From assembly GCA_030849285.1 (NCBI GenBank), contig CP102982.1, positions 1 to 32,000 on the forward strand: a DNA stretch of 32,000 nt. Reading direction: 5' to 3'. Below the pieces are notes generated by a model. That model worked only from the letters and a program-made list of their open reading frames with translations, made no database searches and was not told where the DNA came from. The position numbers were made by a program, and so were the translations under genes. Source of the stretch: Candidatus Saccharimonadota bacterium. GTDB lineage: Bacteria > Pseudomonadota > Gammaproteobacteria > Enterobacterales > Enterobacteriaceae_A. This document shows, one piece after another, positions 1 to 9,241 of this stretch; position 1 is the first letter of the stretch, and each line of letters begins with the position of its first letter.

Positions 1-1668
1 ATGAATCATCAAGTTCTTGCACGTAAATGGAGACCTAAATTTTTTAAAGATGTTATTGGTCAAGAACATGTATTAATATCTTTAATAAATAGTTTTTTAT
101 TAAAAAGAATTCATCATGCATATATTTTTTATGGAATACGAGGAGTTGGTAAAACAACTATAGCAAGATTAATAGCAAAATGTTTAAATTGTATTAATGG
201 TATTTCATATAATCCATGTGGTTATTGTATTAATTGTAAACAAATAGATAATAATACTTTTATAGATCTTATAGAAATTGATGCTGCTTCTAAAACTAAA
301 GTTGAGGATACAAGAGATTTATTAAATAATATACATTATACCCCAATTCAAGGACGATTTAAAATTTATATTATAGATGAATTTCATATGCTTTCACGTA
401 ATAGTTTTAATGCTTTATTAAAAACTTTAGAGGAACCTCCTAAACATATTAAGTTTTTATTAGCAACAACTAATATAAATAAAATCCCTGAAACAATTTT
501 ATCACGTTGTTTTAAATTATATTTTAAAACAATTGAAAAAAAAAAAATTTATTATCAATTAAAAAAAATTTTAAAATTTGAAAAAATAAAATTTGATTCT
601 AATTCATTAAAAATTATATCATATATATCAAATGGAAGTATGAGAGATGCTCTTACTTTAACTGATCAAGCTATTGTTATTGGAAATGGAATAATAGAAT
701 TCAATAAAGTAAATAATATGTTAGGATTTTTTGATAATAAATATTCTATATATATATTAGAATTACTTATTTTTAATAATAGTGTTGAAATAATGAAAAT
801 AATTTCTAAATTATCTTCATTTAATATAGATTGGGATTATTTATTAATAGAAATTTTAACACTATTACATAATATATCTATGATAAAATTATTAAAAAAT
901 AAAAATGTTGATGATAAATATATTAATATTAAATATCGTTTATATAAATTATCTAAAATTTTAACACAAAAAAATATACAATTATATTATAAAATTTTTA
1001 TAAATGGAAGAAAAGAATTAATATATTCACCAAATAAAAAAATTGGTGTTGAAATAACTTTATTAAGGGCATTATTAATTATTAATAAAAATATTTCTAA
1101 AAAAAAACCACAATTATTTTTAAGTTTTAAAAAAAGATTTTTTTTTTTAAAAAAAATTATTAAAAATATATGCAAAAAAAATTTAAATAAAATCAATTTT
1201 AATTTAAATGAAAATAAAATTAAAAAATTATCTATTAATATTAAATCCTTTAATAAATATAATTCATTAATTAATATAATAAATTTTAATATTAAAAAAA
1301 CGTTATTTAATAATATAATAAATAATTACTTTTATAATAAATTTTATAATAATATTTATAATAAATATAAAAAAAAAATAAATTATATTTTATTTGAAAC
1401 AAAAAAAAAAATAGAATTTTTAGTTTTAAATTTTAAATATATTGATAAAAAAAAAATTTTATATTATATAAAAAAAAATAATGAAGAAATTGAAAATGTA
1501 TTTAAAAATTTAAATAATAAAGAAATTTTAAAATTTAATATTTTAAATAATAATTATATTAATTATAAAAATAAAATATACAAAAAAAAATATTTATTAT
1601 TATTTAATAAAATAAAAGAGGATAAAAATATTAAAAAATTAAAATTTTTATTTAATATTAAAATTTAA
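1..1668 (+). CDS. dnaX: DNA polymerase III subunit tau/gamma (clamp-loader ATPase); conserved N-terminal ~360 aa, degenerate K/N/I-rich C-terminal ~190 aa
   Basis: ORF track 555 aa. N-terminus MNHQVLARKWRPKFFKDVIGQEHV is DnaX-like. Walker A GIRGVGKTT, Walker B IIDEFHML, TILSRC sensor region, Cys-rich zinc module CLNC..NPCGYCINC. The ATG is at window position 1. Confidence 0.93.
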   Translation: MNHQVLARKWRPKFFKDVIGQEHVLISLINSFLLKRIHHAYIFYGIRGVGKTTIARLIAKCLNCINGISYNPCGYCINCKQIDNNTFIDLIEIDAASKTKVEDTRDLLNNIHYTPIQGRFKIYIIDEFHMLSRNSFNALLKTLEEPPKHIKFLLATTNINKIPETILSRCFKLYFKTIEKKKIYYQLKKILKFEKIKFDSNSLKIISYISNGSMRDALTLTDQAIVIGNGIIEFNKVNNMLGFFDNKYSIYILELLIFNNSVEIMKIISKLSSFNIDWDYLLIEILTLLHNISMIKLLKNKNVDDKYINIKYRLYKLSKILTQKNIQLYYKIFINGRKELIYSPNKKIGVEITLLRALLIINKNISKKKPQLFLSFKKRFFFLKKIIKNICKKNLNKINFNLNENKIKKLSINIKSFNKYNSLINIINFNIKKTLFNNIINNYFYNKFYNNIYNKYKKKINYILFETKKKIEFLVLNFKYIDKKKILYYIKKNNEEIENVFKNLNNKEILKFNILNNNYINYKNKIYKKKYLLLFNKIKEDKNIKKLKFLFNIKI

Positions 1669-1682
1669 AATATTTATATAAA

Positions 1683-2357
1683 TTAATTATTAAATAAATT
1701 TATTTTTTTTTTTATTTTATTTATAATTAATTTGTAATTTTTTTCTTTAAATATAGCTGTACCAATAACAAAAATATTTGCACCTAATTCTGAAATTTTT
1801 GAAATATTATTTATATTAATACCTCCATCAATTTCTAAATCAATTTTATAACCACTTTTATCAATTATTTTTTTAGCATCTTTAATTTTATCAAAAATAT
1901 TTTCTATAAATAATTGTCCTCCAAATCCTGGATTAACAGACATTAATACAATTCTATCAATTTTATTTATAATATATTTTAAATAATTTAATGAAGTTGT
2001 AGGATTAAAAACTAAACCTACTTTACATCCATAATTTTTAATTATTTGTATTGTTTTATCTATATGTTTAGAAGTTTCAGGGTGAAAAGATATAATATTT
2101 GCACCTGCTTTTATAAATTCAGGGATTATTCTATCAACTGGTTTAATCATTAAATGAATATCTATAGGAGCAGTAATACCATAATTTCTTAATGATTTAC
2201 ATATTATAGGACCAAATGTTAAATTTTCAACATAATGATTATCCATAATATCAAAATGTAACATATCAGCACCAGATTTTAAAACTTTTTGTGTATCCTC
2301 TCCTAATTTTGAAAAATCTGCAGATAATATAGAGGTTGATATCAAATATTTTTTCAT
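1683..2357 (-). CDS. rpe: Ribulose-phosphate 3-epimerase
   Basis: ORF track 1683..2369. [25 protein letters not shown] and [10 protein letters not shown] are colinear with E. coli Rpe (recalled start MKQYLIAPSILSADF). The second in-frame ATG at 2357 is therefore the likelier start; 2369 is the alternative. Confidence 0.92.
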   Translation of the reverse strand: MKKYLISTSILSADFSKLGEDTQKVLKSGADMLHFDIMDNHYVENLTFGPIICKSLRNYGITAPIDIHLMIKPVDRIIPEFIKAGANIISFHPETSKHIDKTIQIIKNYGCKVGLVFNPTTSLNYLKYIINKIDRIVLMSVNPGFGGQLFIENIFDKIKDAKKIIDKSGYKIDLEIDGGININNISKISELGANIFVIGTAIFKEKNYKLIINKIKKKINLFNN

Positions 2358-2454
2358 TTTTATATCCATAAAATTATTAATAAATATTTAAAAATAAAAT
2401 TTTTAAAATATAAAAATATTATAATTATTAATATATTAAATAATATAAATTATA

Positions 2455-2931
2455 TTAAATATATTCTATTTTTAAAATTTTATATTTAATAAAACCAAGT
2501 GGTGTTTTAATAAATAATATATCATTAATTTTATTATTAATTAAATTTTTTGCTATAGGGGAATTAACTGAAATTAAATTTTTTTTAATATTAGATTCAT
2601 CATCACCTACTATACGATATTTTGAAACTTTTTTATTATATAAGTTTATAATAGTAACTGTTGTTCCAAATAAAACTATTCCATTATTAGGTATTTTTGT
2701 AATATCTATTATTTTAGAAAATATTAATTTTAATTCAAATTCTTTTATTTTATTTTCACAAAAATTTTGTTGTTCTTTTGCTGAATGATATTCAGCGTTT
2801 TCTTTTAAATCTCCATGTGCTCTTGCTTTAATTATTTCTTTTATAATTTTAGGTCTTATTATATTTTTTAAATAATTTAATTTTTTTTTTAATTTTTTAA
2901 AACCTATATTTGTTATTAATATTTTTTTCAT
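2455..2931 (-). CDS. greA: Transcription elongation factor GreA
   Basis: 158 aa, the typical GreA length. Coiled-coil finger motif ARAHGDLKENAEYHSAKEQQ. Confidence 0.9.
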   Translation of the reverse strand: MKKILITNIGFKKLKKKLNYLKNIIRPKIIKEIIKARAHGDLKENAEYHSAKEQQNFCENKIKEFELKLIFSKIIDITKIPNNGIVLFGTTVTIINLYNKKVSKYRIVGDDESNIKKNLISVNSPIAKNLINNKINDILFIKTPLGFIKYKILKIEYI

Positions 2932-3031
2932 ATTTTGTTTTTAAAAATAAAATATAAAATATTTATAGAAAAATTTATATATATATTAAATATATAATTT
3001 ATTTTAAAATATTAAAATTTTAGGAAATTAT

Positions 3032-3298
3032 ATGCACAATTTTTTATTAATATTTTTTATAATAATATCAATTATTATTAATATTTTAATTATATTTAAA
3101 TTTAATAATAATATATATATTAATAAAAAAAAAAAAAATATTAAAACTAATAAAATTGATAAAATAATATTAATTTTAATAGCAATTTTTTTTTTTTTAA
3201 ATTTACTATTAATAAATATTAATATTAAAAAATTTAAAAGTAATTTAATTTTAAAAAATAATGAAAATATTATTATTTCAAATAAATTAAAAAAATAA
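3032..3298 (+). CDS. secG: Small two-TM membrane protein, probable degenerate preprotein translocase subunit SecG
   Basis: 88 aa with an N-terminal TM (FLLIFFIIISIIINILIIF), a basic loop, and a second TM LILIAIFFFLNLLLININ. The second TM resembles E. coli SecG TM2 (recalled LLATLFFIISLVLGNIN). AGGA lies 8 nt upstream of the ATG. The gene sits upstream of infB, as secG does at some distance in E. coli. Homology is weak and composition-biased. Confidence 0.5.
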   Translation: MHNFLLIFFIIISIIINILIIFKFNNNIYINKKKKNIKTNKIDKIILILIAIFFFLNLLLININIKKFKSNLILKNNENIIISNKLKK

Positions 3299-3375
3299 TA
3301 TTATATAAAAAATTAAATTTTAAAATAAAATTTAAAATTTAAAATTTTAGAATTCAAAATTAAGAGATTTTAAAT

Positions 3376-5190
3376 ATGAATGTTAAATTAAAATATAAAA
3401 AAACATTTAAAAAATTTTTAAATAAAATTATTAATTATAAAGAATATGTAAATTTATATAAAAATAAAAATATTAAATATTATAAACAATATAAATTTAA
3501 TATTATTATATTTAAAAATATTTCTTTACTAAAATTATCAAATATAATTAATTTAAAATATAATAAATTAATATTTAAATTAATAAAATTAAAAATAATA
3601 ATATCTAATGAATATATAATAAAAAAAAAAACTATATATTTAATTTTAAAATGTTTTAGTAATAAAATAATTTTATATAATAATAAATTTAAAAAAAAAA
3701 AAGAAAAAATTAAAAAAAATTTAATTAAAAAATCACCAATTGTTACAATAATGGGGCATGTTAACCATGGTAAAACAACATTGTTGGATTATATTAGATC
3801 AACAAAATTAGTCTTACAAGAATCTGGTGGAATTACTCAACATATTGGAGTATATAATATTAAAACAAAATATGGAATAATAACTTTTTTTGATACTCCA
3901 GGTCATGAAGCTTTTACTTCTATGCGTAAAAGAGGTGTTAAAAACACAGATATTATAGTTTTAGTAATTGCAGCAAATGATAAAGTTATGTCACAAACAA
4001 TAGAAACAATAAAATATTCAAAAAAATTAAATATACCTTTAATTATTGCAATAAATAAAATAGATAAAATTAATTTAAATATTAATACTATTGAAAATGA
4101 ATTAGCACAATATGGAATTATATCAGAAAAATGGGGGGGCGAAATTCAATTTATAAATATTTCAGCTAAAACTGGAGAGGGGGTTAATAATTTAATTAAA
4201 TCAATTTTAATTTTATCAGAAATATTAGAATTAAGAGAAAAAAAAAAAAAAATATCAAAAGGTGTTGTTTTAGAATCTTATTTTGATAAAAATAATGGAC
4301 CTATTGTTACAATATTATTAAAACAAGGTATTTTAAAAAAAGGGGATATTATTATATATAACTTTGAATATAATCATATAAAATCAATGTATAATACTTT
4401 TGGAAAAAAAATAAATTTAGTTAATTCATCTGTACCTATTGAAATTATAGGTTTTCCTATTATGCCTAAAATTGGGGAGAAAATTTTTTTTATAAATGAT
4501 GAAAATAAAATAAAAAATTTTTTAGAAAAAAAAAAAAAAACAAATATTATAAAAAATAAAAAAGAGAGGGATAAAAATAATATTAATAATTTAAATAAAA
4601 TTAAAATATATAAAATAAATATTATATTAAAATCAGATGTTTTAGGATCTTGTGAAGTAATTAAAAATGAATTATTAAAATTAACAAATGAAAAAATAAA
4701 AATAAATATTATTAGTTTAGGAATAGGTAATATTTCTAAAAATGATTTAATATTAGCTTTAAATAATAATGCAATTATATTAGCATTTAATGTATATGCA
4801 GAGTATTCTATTCGTAAAATAATTAATTTAAAAAATTTAGATATTCGTTATTATTCTATAATATATAAATTAATTAATGATATTAAAAAAGAAATTAATT
4901 TAATAATATTAAATAATAATAAAAAAATAATTGGTTTAGCTAATGTACTTAATGTATTTAAATTTGAAAAATTAGGTTTAATAGCAGGTTGTTTAATAAC
5001 ACATGGAGTAATTAAAACTAAAAATAAAATTAAAATTTTAAGAAATAATAAAATTATTTATACAGGAAAAATAGAATCAATAAAATGTTTTAAAGAAAAT
5101 GTTAAAGAAGTTAATAATGGTATGAAATGTGGTATTTATATTAAAAATTTTAAAAACTTTAAAATTAAAGACAAAATTGAAGCATTTTAA
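3376..5190 (+). CDS. infB: Translation initiation factor IF-2 (shortened, low-complexity N-terminus)
   Basis: 604 aa. GTPase motifs G1 GHVNHGKTTLLD, G3 DTPGHEAF, G4 NKID. The C-terminal domains are colinear with IF-2. AAGAG Shine-Dalgarno sequence upstream. Confidence 0.95.
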   Translation: MNVKLKYKKTFKKFLNKIINYKEYVNLYKNKNIKYYKQYKFNIIIFKNISLLKLSNIINLKYNKLIFKLIKLKIIISNEYIIKKKTIYLILKCFSNKIILYNNKFKKKKEKIKKNLIKKSPIVTIMGHVNHGKTTLLDYIRSTKLVLQESGGITQHIGVYNIKTKYGIITFFDTPGHEAFTSMRKRGVKNTDIIVLVIAANDKVMSQTIETIKYSKKLNIPLIIAINKIDKINLNINTIENELAQYGIISEKWGGEIQFINISAKTGEGVNNLIKSILILSEILELREKKKKISKGVVLESYFDKNNGPIVTILLKQGILKKGDIIIYNFEYNHIKSMYNTFGKKINLVNSSVPIEIIGFPIMPKIGEKIFFINDENKIKNFLEKKKKTNIIKNKKERDKNNINNLNKIKIYKINIILKSDVLGSCEVIKNELLKLTNEKIKINIISLGIGNISKNDLILALNNNAIILAFNVYAEYSIRKIINLKNLDIRYYSIIYKLINDIKKEINLIILNNNKKIIGLANVLNVFKFEKLGLIAGCLITHGVIKTKNKIKILRNNKIIYTGKIESIKCFKENVKEVNNGMKCGIYIKNFKNFKIKDKIEAF

Positions 5191-5264
5191 ATTAATAATT
5201 TAAATATTTATAATAAAGTTTAAAATTAAAAATTATTTAAAAATATTTATATAATATTAAAAAT

Positions 5265-5624
5265 ATGATTAAAAAAAATACCCGTATTCAAAAAATAAAA
5301 CAACAAATATATAAAAAAATTTCTATAATATTACATCAAAAAATTAAAAATTCAAATAAATTTATTTTAACTATATCAAATATAATAATATCTTCTAATT
5401 TAAAATATGTTAAAATTTATATTACAATATTAAATTGTATATTAAATAATAAAATAAAAATTACAGAGAAAAAATATATTAAAAAATTAAAAAAATTTTC
5501 TAAATATATACGTTTTTTATTAGGAAAAGTTATAAATTTTAAATTTACACCTTATTTAATTTTTATATATGATAGTTCTTATAAAGATAGTTTAAATATA
5601 TTATCATTAATTAATAAAAAATAA
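5265..5624 (+). CDS. rbfA: Ribosome-binding factor A
   Basis: 119 aa. N-terminal RIQKIKQQIYKKISIILHQKIKN parallels E. coli RbfA [20 protein letters not shown]. Position directly after infB is conserved. Confidence 0.85.
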   Translation: MIKKNTRIQKIKQQIYKKISIILHQKIKNSNKFILTISNIIISSNLKYVKIYITILNCILNNKIKITEKKYIKKLKKFSKYIRFLLGKVINFKFTPYLIFIYDSSYKDSLNILSLINKK

Positions 5625-5689
5625 ATTTTATTTATTGTATAAATAAATTTATTTAAAGTATTTATATATTTTATTAATTTTAAAATAAA

Positions 5690-5727
5690 TAAATTTTATC
5701 ATAATTAATTAAATAAGATAAAATTTA
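5690..5727. repeat. Inverted repeat: 11-bp arms (5690-5700 / 5717-5727) with a 16-nt spacer, upstream of rpsO
   Basis: Read directly: TAAATTTTATC ... GATAAAATTTA are perfect reverse complements. The spacer ATAATTAATTAAATAA contains the palindrome AATTAATT. It lies 18 nt before the rpsO ATG region. Confidence 0.85.
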
Positions 5728-5744
5728 ATTTATTTAGGTATTAA

Positions 5745-5966
5745 ATGAATATTATTAAAAATATAGATGTAACTGAACATCAAATAAATAAAATTAATAA
5801 AAAAATTGAAAAATTAAAAAATCATTTTTTAATAAATAAAAATGATAAACATAGTCGTATAGGTTTATTAAAAAAAATAATAAATAGAAAAAAAATATTA
5901 AAATATTTAAAATATAATAATTTTAAAAAATATAAAACAATTAAAAATAAATACTTTAATAAATAA
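5745..5966 (+). CDS. rpsO: 30S ribosomal protein S15 (N-terminally ~16 aa shorter than E. coli)
   Basis: 73 aa. TEHQINKINKKIEKLKNHF..DKHSRIGLLKKIINRKKILKYLK aligns with E. coli S15 [42 protein letters not shown]. An in-frame TAA lies immediately upstream of the ATG. Confidence 0.9.
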   Translation: MNIIKNIDVTEHQINKINKKIEKLKNHFLINKNDKHSRIGLLKKIINRKKILKYLKYNNFKKYKTIKNKYFNK

Positions 5967-5987
5967 ATTACTTAATAAGGATAATAT

Positions 5988-8078
5988 TTGATTAAATTTC
6001 ATACTTTAAAATTTAAATACGGGCAAAATAATGTTAAATTTATAACAGGTTTAGTTGCAAGACAAGCTGATGCCTCTGTTATTGTAGATATTGATGATAC
6101 AGTTGTTTTAGTTACAATTGTTAAAGATAAAGTAATAAAAAAAGAGCAAAATTTTTTACTATTAACAGTTAATTATCAAGAAAGGTCTTATGCTGCAGGT
6201 AAAATACCTGGTAGTTTTTTTAGAAGAGAAGGTAGACCTAATGAAAATGAAATTTTAATTTCAAGATTAATTGATAGACCAATTAGACCGCTTTTACCAA
6301 AAAATTTAAATAATGAAATTCAAATAATAGCAACAGTAATTTCTTTAAATCCACAAATTAATCCTGATATTGTCTCAATAATAGGTACTTCAGTAGTTTT
6401 AGCGTTATCAGATATCCCTTTTTTATCACCAATTGGTGCTGCACGTATTGGTTATATTAATAATAAATATATATTAAATCCAACAATTAAACAATTAAAA
6501 GAAAGTAATTTAAATTTAATAGTTTCAGGTAATTCAAAAGCAATTTTAATGGTTGAATCAGAATCAAATTTAATAAATGAAGACATATTATTAAATGCAA
6601 TTATTTATGGTTATGAAAAACAACAAATTATTATAAAAAATATTAAAAAATTTGTTAAAGAAGTTGGAAAAAAAAAAAATAATTGTTATAATAATGAAAT
6701 AAATGAATCTTTAAATAATAAAATATTAAATTTATCAAAAAATTTTTTAATAAAAGCATATAATATAATTAATAAAAACGAACGTAATTTAAAAATTAAT
6801 GAAATTAAAAAAAATATTTTAAATAAATTAATTACTGAAAATAAAATATTTAATAATGATGAAGTTGAAAATATATTTAAAAATATAGAAAAACAAATTT
6901 TACGTGAAAAAATAATATATACAAATAAAAGAATTGATGGCCGAAAAAAAGATGAAATACGTAATTTAGATATACGTACTAATTTTTTACCTAGAACACA
7001 TGGATCAGCATTATTTACAAGAGGTGAAACTCAAGCTTTAGTAACTGTAACATTAGGAACTACAAAAGATGCACAAACTTTTGATGAATTAATATGTAAT
7101 AAAATTGATAATTTTATATTTCATTATAATTTCCCTTCATATTCAACGGGGGAAATAGGAATATTATCATTACCTAAAAGAAGGGAAGTAGGGCATGGAC
7201 GTTTAGCTAAAAAATCAATATTACCTATAATACCAGATTTTAATATTTTTCCATACACAATACGTATTGTTTCTGAAATTACAGAATCTAATGGTTCTTC
7301 ATCTATGGCTTCTGTATGTGGTGCATCATTAGCACTTATGGATGCCGGTGTTCCAATTAAATTACCTATTGCTGGTATTGCTATGGGTTTAATAAAAATA
7401 GGCAAAAAATTTATAATTTTAACTGATATTATAGGAGAAGAAGATAATTTAGGAGATATGGATTTTAAAATTTCTGGTAGTTACAATGGAATAACTTCAT
7501 TACAAATAGATATGAAAATAGAGGGTATTACTAAAGAAATTATAAGTAAAACTTTGGATAAAGCAAAAATTGCAAGATTATATATTTTAAAAAAAATGTT
7601 TAATGTAATTAAAAAACCAAAAATGGAAATTTCTAAATTTGCACCAAAAATTAAAATTATAAAAATTAAACAAAATAAAATTAAGGATTTAATTGGTAAA
7701 GGTGGTTCTGTAATACGTTCTATTACCGAAGAAACTGGTACCACAATTGAAATAGAAAATAATGGTGCAATTAAAATTTATTCAGATAATTTTGAAAAAA
7801 TAAATTATGCAATTAATAAAATTAATAAAATAACAGCTGAAATTGAAGTAGGTGGAATTTATAAAGGTAAAATAACTAAAATTGTTGATTTTGGTGCATT
7901 TTTATCAATTAATGGAGGGAAGGAAGGTTTAATACATATTTCACAAATTACTAATAAAAAAATTAAAAGAGTATCTGATTATTTAAAAATTAATCAAGAA
8001 ATTTTTGTAAAAGTTATTGAAATTGATAATAACGGGAGAATACGTTTAAGTATGAAAGATATAACAATAAAAAATTAA
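5988..8078 (+). CDS. pnp: Polyribonucleotide nucleotidyltransferase (PNPase)
   Basis: 696 aa with a TTG start and AAGGA 5 nt upstream. FKYGQNNVKFITGLVARQADASV matches the PNPase N-terminus. FFRREGRP and RREVGHGRLA present. KH motif GKGGSVIRSITEETG and S1 domain GKITKIVDFGAFL. Confidence 0.96.
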   Translation: MIKFHTLKFKYGQNNVKFITGLVARQADASVIVDIDDTVVLVTIVKDKVIKKEQNFLLLTVNYQERSYAAGKIPGSFFRREGRPNENEILISRLIDRPIRPLLPKNLNNEIQIIATVISLNPQINPDIVSIIGTSVVLALSDIPFLSPIGAARIGYINNKYILNPTIKQLKESNLNLIVSGNSKAILMVESESNLINEDILLNAIIYGYEKQQIIIKNIKKFVKEVGKKKNNCYNNEINESLNNKILNLSKNFLIKAYNIINKNERNLKINEIKKNILNKLITENKIFNNDEVENIFKNIEKQILREKIIYTNKRIDGRKKDEIRNLDIRTNFLPRTHGSALFTRGETQALVTVTLGTTKDAQTFDELICNKIDNFIFHYNFPSYSTGEIGILSLPKRREVGHGRLAKKSILPIIPDFNIFPYTIRIVSEITESNGSSSMASVCGASLALMDAGVPIKLPIAGIAMGLIKIGKKFIILTDIIGEEDNLGDMDFKISGSYNGITSLQIDMKIEGITKEIISKTLDKAKIARLYILKKMFNVIKKPKMEISKFAPKIKIIKIKQNKIKDLIGKGGSVIRSITEETGTTIEIENNGAIKIYSDNFEKINYAINKINKITAEIEVGGIYKGKITKIVDFGAFLSINGGKEGLIHISQITNKKIKRVSDYLKINQEIFVKVIEIDNNGRIRLSMKDITIKN

Positions 8079-8180
8079 TTATTTTAAAATATTAAAATTT
8101 AAATTTTTACTTTATAAATTTAATAATATTGTATTATTTTATATATTTTAAAAAAAATAATTAATATAAATATATTTTAA

Positions 8181-9191
<1,011 letters not shown>

Positions 9192-9241
9192 TTAAATAAT
9201 TAATGTTTTAAAATATTTTAAATATATTATTAATTTTAATA

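Noticed and set aside
987-1196. 69-aa ORF antisense to dnaX
   Set aside because: It lies wholly inside, and opposite, a conserved CDS. Its F/K/I/L-rich composition is the mirror of AAA/AAT-rich coding sequence. It has no recognisable motif or Shine-Dalgarno sequence.
2358-2369. 4-codon extension of rpe (MDIK) from the upstream ATG
   Set aside because: Alignment with E. coli Rpe starts at MKKYLIS. Neither ATG has a Shine-Dalgarno sequence, so 2369 remains a possible alternative start but is less likely.
2999-3020. A 22-nt word TTATTTTAAAATATTAAAATTT is identical at 2999-3020 (upstream of the secG-like ORF) and 8079-8100 (downstream of pnp)
   Set aside because: In spacers that use essentially two letters, a 22-nt match among several thousand spacer positions is expected by chance about once. 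The flanks diverge immediately, and the word occurs in different contexts (a 5-prime versus a 3-prime region).
3327-3347. Short tandem repeats (AAAATTT)x3 here and (ATAATAAA)x3 at 14004-14027
   Set aside because: Three copies of a 7-8-nt A/T unit are expected low-complexity noise at this base composition. Unlike (AATTT)x9, they are too short to stand out.
7124-7744. Two ORFs (93 aa and 87 aa) antisense to pnp
   Set aside because: These are shadow ORFs opposite the most conserved, relatively G+C-richer part of PNPase. The pnp frame explains the sequence conservation.
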